From Gekko japonicus (taxonomy: Eukaryota): 64,000 nt of DNA. Below the pieces are notes generated by a model that did no database searches, had not been told where the DNA came from, and saw only the letters and a list, made by a program, of their open reading frames with translations. The position numbers and the translations under genes are program-made. The stretch covers positions 1,286,366 to 1,350,365 of the forward strand of contig NW_015161410.1 of the NCBI RefSeq assembly GCF_001447785.1, given 5' to 3'. How positions within the stretch are numbered: position 1 is the first letter of the stretch; every line of letters starts with the position of its first letter. Shown piece by piece: positions 1-12,660 of the stretch.

Positions 1-1727
1 CAAAAAAGCAGGAATCTCTCTCTTGAGGGTTGGTTAATGAAGCAGTATTATTTAGTAGAACTTCTGATGTTTGGAGATGGCTTCATACCTTTTTGTATGG
101 GTACAATCACCTGTTTGTTTTGGATAGCTTTATTTTGTTTCTGTAGATATTCCTTCCATGGGTAAGAAGCCTGCCAATCTTGCTTAAAGATGTGAGGGCC
201 AAGGGGGAAACCAATCAAGGAAGAAATATTTTTGTCTAGTTTGAGGTATTGTTTTTCTTTTCCTGAAGCTTGAAATGGAGAACTTGGAAATGTTAGGGTT
301 TTTTTGTTTTTGTTTTAAAATAGAGCTTGGAAATGAGTGCAATACCTTTTTAAAAGCAGTGTTTTATAAATGTGATCTCATCCATCACTCCAAAAGCTGC
401 TACTAAGGGTTAGCAGACTCTTCAGAATGGCACATAATGCAGTGCAGGGCATGTAGCCAAGGGGGTCTTTGGATGGCAGCCATTATTTGAAGCTCAGTTC
501 CTAAAGCCGCTTTTCTGGCTTGTTTGTTTGTTACAGTGTTGACCGTTCCTGTGTTCAGCTCCTTCCCCCTCCCCTAGGTTTTCTGAACAGACTTAATCTA
601 AGCTTGGTGTGTTAGTATGCAGATCACTCTATAATGGTATCTATGGGTTGGATCTCACAGATCTGTTTGCATTGGCAGTGGCAAGTGCCTATAGCAGAAG
701 GATCCTTCCCATAATGCCTGAAAAAAGTGGAGTGGCTTTGTGGAATCCAACCCTGTATCTATAATTATTCTTTGAATAAAACGAAGACATTGATATGTGT
801 GAATTTCATGAAATTCTGAACCATTTCATTTTTGTGGGCTAATGGTAGAGTTTATGTACTTAAAGGAAATATTACACAAGTTTCAATTTCCCCCCTCAGA
901 TTTCCACTTTTCATTCTTTCTTCCCTCAGCCATGGTTTCAGAATTTTTCATCTCACTTTTTGAATGCTTCCATACACCGTTTCAGCATTTGGAAGAAACG
1001 GGATAAATTATTTGCTCTGAAAAACATTTACTTAGTTACCTTTGCCAAATCACTGTGGCAATCTTGTTTCTCTTCTAGATGAAAATGATAATAGTGCAGC
1101 CCTACCTTGCGGGAATGTTCTAACAACATTTACTAGTTATGATATAACGAATGTGTTCCTTATGTACATGGAAGTCTGAATTGGCTTCCTTTATCTTGTG
1201 TTCTTCAAAAGAAAATGTGTTATATTCCATTCTGGATATGTTTTGGTTAGGATGTGTAGAAGGGCTGTGCTCTTGGATCCCCTTTGGAGATACACTTAAT
1301 GGCATGACTTGCTCCAGTCGTTGCTTTGGCAGGAGGATGCCAAAGACTTTCACTCAAATGAGTAACTTTTAGATTATGGCTAGCAACTGCACAGATGATG
1401 CATCTCTCAAGGGAGCAGGCATCAGCTGCAGGGTTGTGAGCCATAACTCAGCAGCAACCCACATGGGTAGAAGTCTTTAGGCACTGTTGTAGTAGTGTGG
1501 GAGCAGTTTTGGGAAGAGCAGTAACCATGCTGGTGTATGCATATCCAAACCCAATCACAGGTCCTTCAGGTCTGGCAGTATCCCAGAATTACCCAGATCT
1601 GACCCATGTACAGTCCAACCAGTGCAGTCCAACTCTTGCATTGAAAACAACAACAAATGGCCATTACCGTCTGTGTTTTGCACAGCCGATTCACAAAGAT
1701 GCCTTTGACCATTGCCTCTTTTCCTAA

Positions 1728-1940
<213 letters not shown>

Positions 1941-4900
1941 TAAAAGCTCTCTGTGCCTCGCCACATTTCATCTTCATTTACTCAGATGCCAGCTTCTGTT
2001 ACCCTTTCATGCTACTGGGAATATGATTCATTATGTGTCTTTATCGAACGCTGATTAAAGTTCAGAGGCAGAGTAGATGTTTGAAGCAGCAAGCAAATAA
2101 GCGTTTTGCCTGTCTATTTTTAATATCTCAGCTCTGCGCTGTTTTAAATACTCACAGAATCATTGGTGTATGTGTTTGTGTGTGTTGCCTCATCAGTTCT
2201 AAAGTACCGGAGCATGCAGACTTATAATACAGTTTCCAGGTTGTAGTTTCCAGTGTGGCAGTTTTGACCTAGCAAACGAAGAGGAAAAATTGATGAAAAA
2301 TTGGTTTATAAGTAGCAGGTGCTTTGAGCTGCACAATTCCACCAATCTTACGGAGGGTTCTCTCATCACTGTGCAGGTTAGACATCATCAGATGATAACA
2401 CTTAGCTTCTCTCTCTCCCACTGCTTACACATAAGAAGAAGAGAGAAGTAGGCTTTTGTACTTTCCTATCCTGAAACTTTTCAGATTTTAGTCTAAGAGC
2501 CTGAAGTACTGTAAACTGAGTGTGAGAGTAAGGGACTGTTTCCAAAAATGCCAGGCCTTCGTGTTCTTTTCCTGTCCCTTTCCAAGGCATGTGTAGTACA
2601 ACTTGTCCCCATTCTGACAGCATGTTGCTATGCGTTTCCCTGCCCCTGTTCTGAATTGCTGGCTGCCACTGGGGGGACAGGGAGCAAAAAAACCCTCCCA
2701 AACAACCCCACCAAAACCAGTGTGTGTTACGGACTGATATGGAGCTGCCATTTCCGAGGAATGTGTTTTGTCTACCATAAAAGGACATTTCAAAACTTCA
2801 TAACTTGATTTAGACAACCTATAAAATGTGTTTAATTCATCCCCGTATTACAGGGCTTTCCTTGAAGAATAAGAGCACCTCACAGGGTTAGTGTCCATGT
2901 TCCATCTAAGTTGCAGAATCCTACAACTATTGCAGTGATGATTATTTATTTATTTTATACCCCGCCCTACCTCAAAAAATGGCTTCTGATGAGCTTGAAT
3001 GTCTTCCAGGTGTTACCAGCATAACATCTAGGTACTGGTTCTCAGTCTTCATAATGGTTAGCCTAATTTAATGAACTAAAATATTTCTGAGCTTCCCCAA
3101 TACAGACAAGAAAGCAAAACTAATTGGAAGAAACCACCCATGCTTTAGAAATGTGGCTAGACTGATCAATGGAAAAGTGAGAGCGAATGCAGGGCACACT
3201 TTAAGGCCATTAAGGAAGTTACTGCAAGCACCCCACCCCAAAGAACAAACAGTTAAATAAAAAAAAAACCAGTTAGCTTTGTTAATCGACATTTCTGAGA
3301 TTAAAGAATGAAAGATGTTTCAATAAGCAAAGCATGCTGTGTCATGCTCCTGAGAAGGTCAGGGCAGGGACAATATATGGCTACGGTCAAGACAAAAATG
3401 TAGATAAGACAATTGTGTTGGATCAGACTAAGGTTCAGTTAGTCTGTCATTTTGTTTGCAGAAATGCCCAAACAAATGCATATGGAAGCTTACCTCTTGT
3501 GTCATGGATTGCATTGGTTGATCGATTTCAGAAGAGTGGTGCGTGGTCCTGCCTCGTAACAGGAAGTCCAGGGAACTTTTTGCTATCCCTTTGGATTTTC
3601 CAGTATTTCAAAAGTAGAGTTTGCTGCATCTGCACCTCCGTGGGGAGTTTCACCTTCCCTATTTAATATTCTAGTTGTAGGGCACTGAGGACATCTGAGT
3701 GAAGATGCCAACTTAGGCAGTGTATTTGCATGATATTTGTGCTCAGAGAAGATGTGAAATATTTTGGCACAGATATCCTAGAAAATCAAAAGCAGTGTTC
3801 TGTGTACTACTTAAAAGGATTCCTTTCCCTTTCTTACCAGAATACTTTTTTGTTCTTTAGGGTGCTGTACCCCCTGGGTAATTAAAGCAATGCCAGCAAT
3901 GTTATTTGACATTAAAGTGAACTGATTTCAAATACCGGATTTAAATATACTTTGAAAGTAGGAATAATATCCCTATTGTATTTCCTTTTTAACTTGTGTA
4001 GTGAAGCATGGCATACAAATGGTATTCTCAGTATTTCAAATAATTACCTTTTTTTACTGTTCTGCTTCCATTCAGCTCATAAAACCCATCCAGTGTGTAG
4101 TGGTAGTTTCAGATCCTGATTATTACATGTTGACAAGATCATATATCTATTAATTAGATTGGAGATGGGATGCAAAATTGCTGTAATTATTGTAATTTTC
4201 CAGCTAATTGTAGGGTTGGTGGTGAATATTTTACTTCTACCAAATGAAAAACAGTATTCCATCTGAAAATTGTTTGGTAGCAGTTGTAGAATATTTCTCT
4301 CTGGTGCTTTGTAATCTCCCCCCCCCCCCACCTACCCAATGGGCTACCTCTTTTGACAACACAGCTCATACGGTAAAGCTGAACATTTCATGCCACTGTT
4401 CACATGCGTCCAGGGAATAGCAGAGCAGCCTCTTGTTCTGACGCACTGTCTAAGCATATTAAGCCAAAGCTTGAACAGTCTGCTGAAGATTTTAATCTTC
4501 CTTTGTTCGGGTTGCCATGTTACCCCGCCTTTTTTTTGTTTGTGTATAAATTGGACCACCTTCCCTAGAAAGGAAAAGGTTAAGTAGATCAGTTCCAGCT
4601 GAGAAACTAATATTCATCTAGGCTGCCATTCTACCCCCCCTGTGTGCAGACATATAAGCTCGGTCTCTCTGCAGTAATCATGTGTGGTGTTCATGGAGGG
4701 GGTGGTGGCTTAGACTGGATCTTTGCAGCTAAGCAGGAATAACACTGGGCAGCAAAAAATAAAAAATAACCCCTTTGTGTCACTCTGTATCGAGGCCGCA
4801 CAAACCATACATTTAAGTGGCTGATGTAGTTCGATTTCTTTCTTTTTTTGAAAATGTTTTTTCAAGTTATCTCTTTAGTTTGTAAATCTTTTTCTTTAAT

Positions 4901-5395
4901 TGTGACTGTCTAAACTAAATTCTCTGCTGCTGTATTCCATGATATGAATTAGATTTTAAAAGATCATAACTATGCTATACAAAGTGGATTTGTGTTTTTG
5001 GTGAGACTGCCTGCATGTTTCAGAGAAGCGTGCAAGAGATTGCTGTAGAAGATAGGTTGAGGAAAACTGATCTTTATTCCCTGCTGAAATATATAAACTA
5101 GAGGCGCAGGTGAAAATTGCCAAATCTAATGAGCAATTTGGCAGATAAGGCAGGATGTCAAGTGGTGATAGTTCAGCTGTGGCAGCACAGTCTGGGAACT
5201 AACCTGTTAGTTTCACAGGGCTGTGCTTAAATACTGTAAATAAGATCCTAGATCACTTGCCATCAGATAACACACCTGAGATATTTTTCTTTTGTGTCGT
5301 TCAGCTTTAATTTAAAAGCCTTTAAAATGTGTTCATTGTTCTTGAACAGTATTGTAGTATTACAAAATTAAACTGGTATTGTGTTTAACCTGAAG

Positions 5396-5715
5396 TACAT
5401 AAGAACATAAGAACATAAGAGACGCCAATGTTGGAGCAGGCCAAAGGCCCATCTAGTTCAACTCTCTGTCACACAGTGGCCAAAAATACCAGGTGCCATC
5501 AGGAAGTCCACTAGTGGGGCCAGGACATTAGAAGCCCTCCCACTGTTGCCCCCCCCCCAAGCACTAAGAAGACAGAGCATCACTTGCCCCAGAGCCACTA
5601 TCTATACCTTGTGGCTAATAGCGACTGATGGACCTCTGCTCCATATGCCTATCTAATTCCCTTTTGAAGCTGTCCATGCTTGTAGCTGCCACCACTTCCT
5701 GTGGCAGTGAATTCT
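5396..5715 (-). mobile_element. CR1 LINE 3' fragment
   Basis: (aagaacat)n terminal octamer repeat. The 3'UTR and end of ORF2 (gctgccaccacttcctgtggcagtgaattc) are the reverse complement of the CR1 end near 42 kb. Confidence 0.75.
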
Positions 5716-6582
5716 ATGCATTGTTGCACCATTTCGTGCCTACAGTGTGGGCTTTGGGTTTGTTTGGCATGCAATTGGTTTACAGGTGCCATTTTGGAAT
5801 GACCATATTTTCATAATCATATATGTTAATTGCCTACAAATCTACAGATTTTCATTCCCTTTTGAGGTTCAGAGCAGGTTCCTCTAATGGTTTCTCTGGT
5901 CTGGAATAGCACTCATACTTTACTACTTATTGCTCACAACAGTCCAGCCCAGCCAATAAAACAGCATTCTGGTTGGAAACTGTATTGGCTGTCTGAAAAG
6001 TTAATAAACTGAAGACCCAGTTCAGCATGCTGTGGTGGTGGTGGGTGAGTCCCCATCTCTGAACACACCAGGCTTGGACCAAAAATGTCATTTTATTGTA
6101 TTTATTTATATTTTAAGTTTATGGGTCACCCAATCCCTGAATAACGGGGCTCTGATTAATGTACAACAGGAGTTAAAAACAGCAAACATATTAAAATTGA
6201 TAAATAAGTCACTCCTTACATTCTTAAAATAATCTCCAGATGGTGTCACTAATCTGATCTTAAGCCTGTTCTGGACTCTGTTGCCACCTCACGGGCAGGG
6301 TAAAGAAGAGGCAGAAACAAAACAAAAAAAGATGGAATAAAAGGGGAGGGTGCCAGCTATGATGGGAACCATTGCTGGTTTCTCCTTCCACTTCAGCATG
6401 CAGAATTCTTCCTGGGTTTCCTCCATGCCCTTCTGCCAGCCTCTGTACATGAACTTCCAAATTGATCTTGGTCCGACTTGGTTTCCTTTACTCATCTCTC
6501 CAGCCTGCACCTTTCAAATAATCTAAGGTAACTATAGTTTTTTTTTTTAAGTTAGTATTGTAAGGAACCTTTACATTTACCA

Positions 6583-7455
6583 AAGGCAAGTAGACCTTTG
6601 AATACCAGTTCTAGGAGGCAACATCAAAGGGAGCGGTGGTGCAGGGAGCAAAAGCACCTGCCTTAACATCTAACAAACAGCTTGTAGGCTGTTCGATACC
6701 CACCGCGGCCGGGGTGAGCACCCGGCCCTAGTCCCAGCTCCCGCCCACCCAGCGGTTCGAAAGTGATAACAACTTATGAGTAGATAAATGGGTACCTTCC
6801 TTAGAAGGCAGGGAGCACCCTCCTCCATTGGGAAGTGAGGTGGGAACCTCAGCAGCGACGGTTCGGCGAGCGGTGGCGGCGGCAGCAGCGGAGTGGTGTG
6901 TAATGGCAGTGGTAGTCGAGGCGGTGAGCGGAAGAAAAAAGGAGATGCAACATCTAGCGGTGAACTGGCGGTGAAGGCGGAGCCCGGAAGGCGTGAGGAC
7001 ACTCGGCGCAGGCGCGGCGGAGCCTGAGGGACGGAGCCAGTGCCGCGCCGATGCGATCAGCACGACGAATGGGCCCACCAACTCCAAAAGATCTCCCGAG
7101 GAGCCTGAAGAGAGCGGAGGGAAGATGCCGACCCGAAGCCGAGAAGCCGAGCCGAGACGAGCTGAAGACACATCAACTGAATCCCACCGGGTGCCGTTAG
7201 GTAGTCCCGCCCCTAATACGATATATATATGTGCCCATAGATAGGGATAATACAAACTATGTAAGCCGCTCAGAGACCCATGGGAGGGGTTCGAGCGGGG
7301 TAGAAGTTGAAGGTAAGAAGAAGTAAGGCTTTGACCTCTGTGTTCTATCTGTTGTTGCTCTAGTGGAACTGGTTGGTCACTGTGTGAAATAGGATGCTGG
7401 ACTAGATTGAGCACTGACATGATCCAGTAGGGTTGCTGTGACATTATTACGTTCT
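6583..7455 (+). mobile_element. Old CR1-type 3' end interrupted by the 6629-7328 insertion
   Basis: Left part gaataccagttctaggaggcaacatc and right part ctttgacctctg…ggaactggttggtcactgtgtgaaataggatgctggactagat…gatccagtaggg rejoin as a typical squamate CR1 3'UTR. Confidence 0.6.
6629..7328 (+). mobile_element. Full-length ~700 bp composite SINE-like retroposon (tRNA-like head, Sauria-like core, CpG-rich body, L2-type tail)
   Basis: Head gggagcggtggtgcaggg with B-box-like gttcgatacc. ctagtcccagctcccgcccacccagcggttcgaaag resembles the Sauria SINE at 62.3 kb. Tail tgtaagccgctcagagaccc…gagcggggtagaag resembles the tails of the Squam3-like SINEs. Possible aagg TSD. Confidence 0.72.
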
Positions 7456-8298
7456 GAGTTCCAAAAATAAGCAGCCCTATTAACACTCAAAATGCTCTTG
7501 GGAGATCATGTATTCCAGTGCTCCTCTACACCATTATTATCCTGTAGGTGGAACACTTAACAAGCAGGAACTGAGTTGTATAGACCTTCATGTCTCCAAA
7601 GTAGGCTTTGAGTTTATCTGGCAGGTTTCAGGAATTGAGAAAAACCACGAATTACCATTACATATAAGCTGATGGGGGATTCCTGGGCTTGGGGAGCTCC
7701 CTCTCATCTCCTTTCTCTGCTCCCATCATTTAGTGAACTTATCAGATTTCCAGTTCTTTGGAATGCCATTCTGTTGTTGTTATTACATATGAACCAGGAA
7801 CCATGGTTTGTTCTCTTCACTACAAACCCACAGTTTGGTGCCCTTGCTTGTAAAGAAAAGAGCAAACCATGGCTTGTGTCTTGGATGCAGTGATGACTGC
7901 ATGTGCCACAGAAGCAGAGAAATTTAATTAGAGCACTCTGCTGGGGGGAAGGGGGATTGTACAACTTGATAATGGAATTATGCCCAGGTACATAGTTTGT
8001 TGTTAGATTCAGGTGGGTAGCCATGTTGGTCTGAAATAGCAGAACAAAGTCCAGTGGCACTCTTAAGGCCAATCAAAGTATAAGCTTTCATGTACATGCA
8101 CAGTGAAATGAAACTTCTTCAACCATTACATATAGAGAGGAGGGGGGGGGGTTAGTTGCCAGGAGGGGCTAGTTAGAGTCAAGATGCATACGTAACTGAG
8201 CATTACAGCTGAGATTGGATTAAGGCGGTTGGTAAAATCTGTGAATAGCAGTAAATTAGCATTAAAAAAAATGAGAGTCAACAAACCTAAACCATAAC

Positions 8299-8504
8299 CA
8301 GTGTTCCCTCTAAGCTGAGTTAGTGTGAGGTACCTTACAGTTTTTTAGCCTCTGGCTCACACATTTTTGTCTTAGCTCAGGAAGGATGGCTCCAGAGCAA
8401 ACTAATTTATGTACTAGCCAAATCGCTCGCTCACAACTTTAATGCCAGTAGCTCACAAAATAGGATTTTTGCTCACAAGACTCCACAGCTCAGAGGGAGC
8501 ATTG
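8299..8504. mobile_element. 206-bp non-autonomous hAT-type MITE (copy 1)
   Basis: TIRs cagtgttccctctaagctg / cagctcagagggagcattg. Reverse-complement copy at 45560-45765. TSD degraded. Confidence 0.8.
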
Positions 8505-11500
8505 AATAACTATGCTGATGCCTGCTGTTGACTGAAGGTTTTTCCCCTTGAACTTCTTACCTCCACTGAGCATTCTGCTTGAAATTCCCACAGAGGTCTT
8601 TCCCGTGCATGTGACTACGTACTGGTTGGGTTCAGACAGCATCCTGAGTAGGGCTACGATTTTTGCTCATCACTTGCAAGCCTGATTTTTTCTTGGGGGG
8701 GGGGCTGTTTGTGGTGGCATAAAAAAGACTTAGTCTGTTTCCGTACTGGTTTTACCCTGCGCTCACAGCCATCATGCATCACGGTATTTTTTGCATTCTA
8801 CATTGCCTCCCTATTTCAAGTTGCCCTGTATTTTTATTTCTTCATCACCTCCAGTGTTTGCTCTCCATTATCACCTGGTTACTTTCCAATTCTACCTTGT
8901 TCAGCTGTCAGTTTGGCTCACCCCTCCTATTTCCGTGGGGTAGCTGAATGCTGTTTTTTGGCAAACTTTAACTGCCCACCCAGCTCCATGCCAGAGTAAT
9001 GCAATGTAGAATTGATCATTTGGAGTATTCATCCTGCCCCTTTTCTGGCTCCCTTGGCAGCCACTCCTCCTCCACCTCATTTCTGACCCCTCGGAGGCCA
9101 CCACTCTGCCTTCCCCCTTCTGCATTCTCCCTGGGGGAGGAGACAGGAATCCTTTGTTGTGCTTGCAACTGAAGGGAAAGAATTGCGTGGGTGTGGTGTG
9201 TGCTTTGAGCTGGGCTTTTTTCTCAAGTAATCCCCCAAAGTCTGTCATGTTTGCAAGCACCATGCACAAAAGTCAAAAGGTTCTCTGCATTCTGTAAAAT
9301 GGCCAAGGCTCTGAGCTCGCCTCTGCTGTCGAAACTGATGCAGGGCAATCAGCAGCATGGCTGGGCTTAAATCTGTCTTTCTTTTTTATTTCTTTGATTC
9401 ACTTTGGGGGGGAAAGCAGTTTTATTTAAATGGAAGGTGTGATGAGTAAGGGATGGACAAACAAACAAAATAAAGGGGGAGTGATCATTAGCAAGGAATG
9501 AAATTGACACCAGGATGGGAAAGTTTTCTACATGTAATGCTCCAGTGGACAAAAATAGCTCCTGAGATGGCTTCTCCTAAAATAACAAATTCAAAAGACA
9601 AAAACAAGGGAATCACCTGCTTTGTGAAGAGTGCAGTTAGTGATGCTGGAACTCTGTGCATGAAGGGGGGAGGGAGAATTGGGGGGCATCAGACCCTTCC
9701 CACTCCCAAGGCTCCTTGGCTGAGATTCAGAGCCCACTGCAACCAGGGAGATCCACCATGGCTGGAACTGCAGGAGAGGTTTTCCCACTGCTACAAATGG
9801 CTCCCCACTGCTTTTTGCTGGTGCCCTGAAGGAGGCATGGGGGAAGGGGACCGAAAGAGTAGCCCAGCGGTGGTGAGCCAAACAGGGTTGGGAGAGCAGG
9901 GAAGAAAGGAGAGAAAGGAGAGGGTGTGGTGTGCCCCATCCCTTGTGCGCGCACTTGGCCAAGTCATTGGTAATTGGATGCAACCCCCCACAGGTCACAA
10001 TTAAGCAAGAACTGCAAGTTTTCGTTATAGATGCAGAATGCATGATTCACATACTTTATGATTCGGGGGGGGGGGAATCTGGAGGGGCAGAATTGCAAGC
10101 ATTTAATCCAGAATAAAGGAAAACAGGGTACGGAGAAATGGCAGGGTAAACATGCATGCAAAAAGGGCCTTACTTCCAAGCAGTTTCCATGAGCTGTCAT
10201 GTGAAGCTGCTCTGGGACATTTGCCTGAGGTGTGAACTAAGCTGAACAGGACCACCCACAGCCTACAGCTCATGTTGTTCTGTTTCATTCCCAAACAGAT
10301 GTCATTCCCTGGAGACCAGAGAAGCGTGAGTAGGTGGGCCGAGTGTTCTCATCTGTGGATACACCCTCTGGTTGCTGTCTCATCAAGGGAGAGTTGAAGC
10401 AGATAAGGAACGAGGGCTAGAGCACAGCTGTTCCCCCCATCCCACCCCAAGCTGTCATAGTAGTTTTTTCTTTATGAGCCTGGCATCAAAAGCAACTGTA
10501 CTGCCTCCCCTCCCCCCAACATAGGGATTGAAAAGTTGCATTCAGATTACACGACAGAAACATTATCCAAAATGTGGCATATAATTCCTTAGGTCCATAT
10601 ACCGTCTTCTCATAAAACCAGTTTTTGTATTAAAATGAAATTTGTCTTCTCTACGACACTAGCCAGCTATCTGGATTTTATTCTGGCTAGCCTCCATTGT
10701 GAATGATTTTGTCTGCCCAAAAACCCAGCAGATAAAAAAAATCCCCCTTCCTTCTTTTGCAGCTCGTGATAAGGATCTCTTTGTTTATCTCTCAGGACTG
10801 TGTTTATTTTTCATTTCCTTCTAACTTGAGAAATTGCTTTTCAATCCCATTTGGTTTTTTTGTTCTGACTCTTTTCCCCAGCTGGAGAAATCCGTATCTA
10901 TCTGGAAGCTTGGGAGGGGGTGGTCGTGGTGGAACTGAATAGAGCGACTTGCTCTCTGTGTGATATTTGTGACAGTTGTGAGTTCATGCAGTCCTTACCT
11001 TTCTGTACATTAGTAGTGGTGTGCTGAATGTTTTATGGTAGATTTGTGACAGGCATTCAGAGTATATTTTAAATGATAAAAAGCAGTGGGGAGATGTCCA
11101 ATTTGGACAGAGGTCATGGCTTGAGTGATAAAGATTAACACACACACACCTTTCCTGCTACAGATCCTCCACCCCCAAATTGTTATTAGGCCCTAACTCA
11201 TTCTTGTTGTGAAAATGGCATGGGGATAGGCTTATTTCCCACTCCCTGCCTGTCCCCAAGGCCTCTTTCCAAACCAGACCCTCACTACAAAAAGTTACTT
11301 TGCACCATAAACAGTTATTTAATTTATTTAAAATATTTATATTCTGTCCTACCTCCTTAGACAATTTACCCTCCACCAACTGCCCTGTGAAATAAAGTCA
11401 TTTTACACACTTCCCTGAATGTAGAAAGTGAAGGAACCTCTGTACCTGCAGAAAAACTCCAGGATCTGGAATCACAGACTTGGGAGGGACCATATAGGCC

Positions 11501-11529
11501 ATCTAGTCCAACCCCCTGCTCAGTTCAGG

Positions 11530-12660
11530 ATCATTGACTGTTGCCAAAATTATCAGTCTGGAGACTGAGTCCACCACAAGAAGAGGGCTGTCTGAAGAGC
11601 ATAGGTGGCACATAGTGGTTTACAAGGACATGTGGTTTGAGAAGTGAGGGCCTTAGTCCATAAAGGAATATTAAAGTGACAATGAGCACTTTGAATTCTA
11701 CCTGGAAGCAAATAGGTAGCCTGTGGGAGTTGTCTCAGACAGGATTCTTGCTGATGTGTTTTGGACCAATTGAACATTTTCAAAGACAGCCACACACAGA
11801 GTGCATTGCAGTCTGGGGGTAACAATAGTGTGGATCATTATGGACAGTTCAGCAGAATCTAAATAAAAAGGTAGCTTACAAGCCAGATGTAATTGAAAGC
11901 GCTCCTAGCTTGAGCACTTGTTAATCAATTAATTTAAAACATTTGTATCCCACTTTTTCTTGTGGTTCAAGGTGGTTTACAAAAATAGTGAAAACATTTG
12001 TGCCTTAAAAGCAAAAATAAAATAACCCCACTTCTCACTTAAAAAAAAAAACACCTGCCAATATTCAGACTCTCTCAAAAGTGCTGGCAAACAAGCAGGC
12101 CATGCAGCAGCTCATGAAGACCTCCTCCTTAACTCCTCTGGAAGCCCATTCCACAGAGCCATGACGGAAAAAGCCCAGGCTGTGATTGATGCCAGATGGT
12201 CCACCCTAAGTGGTGGGATAGCTAACAGATGGCTGCCTGATTACCATAGTTGGTGCTCAGGGATGTATGGAAGAAGATGGTCCTTCAAATATGTGGGTCC
12301 CAGGTCGTGAAGGGTTTTAAAGGTCACGACCGGCATCTTAAACCAGCACCTATTTATCCATTAACAAGGCTGGGTCCAAGAGCACTCACAAGCTCTTAAC
12401 TTGATGTGCTAAAGAGAGCTTAAAGCTTAACTCTAAGATTGGTATATCAGTGTCATCCAAACAGTTTACTTTCCCAGCCAGCATCACCTTCTGTCAGTTT
12501 CAGTTTGTTCATCCTTAGCCGTTTGAACACAGTTACTTTTGGAGGCTTAGATAATGAGATATAAAGCTGGGTGTCATTTGTGTATTGGTGACAACTTGAT
12601 TCAGAAGCTCCTAAATATCTTGGCCAAAGGTTTATTGGACAGGGTAAAGAACACTGTTTC
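11530..12660 (-). mobile_element. Degraded L2-like LINE fragments
   Basis: Remnant peptide HQYTNDTQLYIS…MNKLKL (decayed YADDTQLY motif), with 3'UTR-like sequence near 11930-12350. Confidence 0.55.

Noticed and set aside
6707-6796. Superficial resemblance to HDV or hammerhead ribozymes (ggccggg…gtcccagc…aatgggtac; cgaaa)
   Set aside because: I could not build the HDV nested double pseudoknot, and there is no CUGANGA hammerhead core. Kept only as an unassigned structure.
6670-7486. Long ORFs (110-252 aa) over the GC-rich element, and likewise at 18880-19405
   Set aside because: They arise from the stop-poor GC-rich repeat, run into unrelated flanks and show no recognisable domain.
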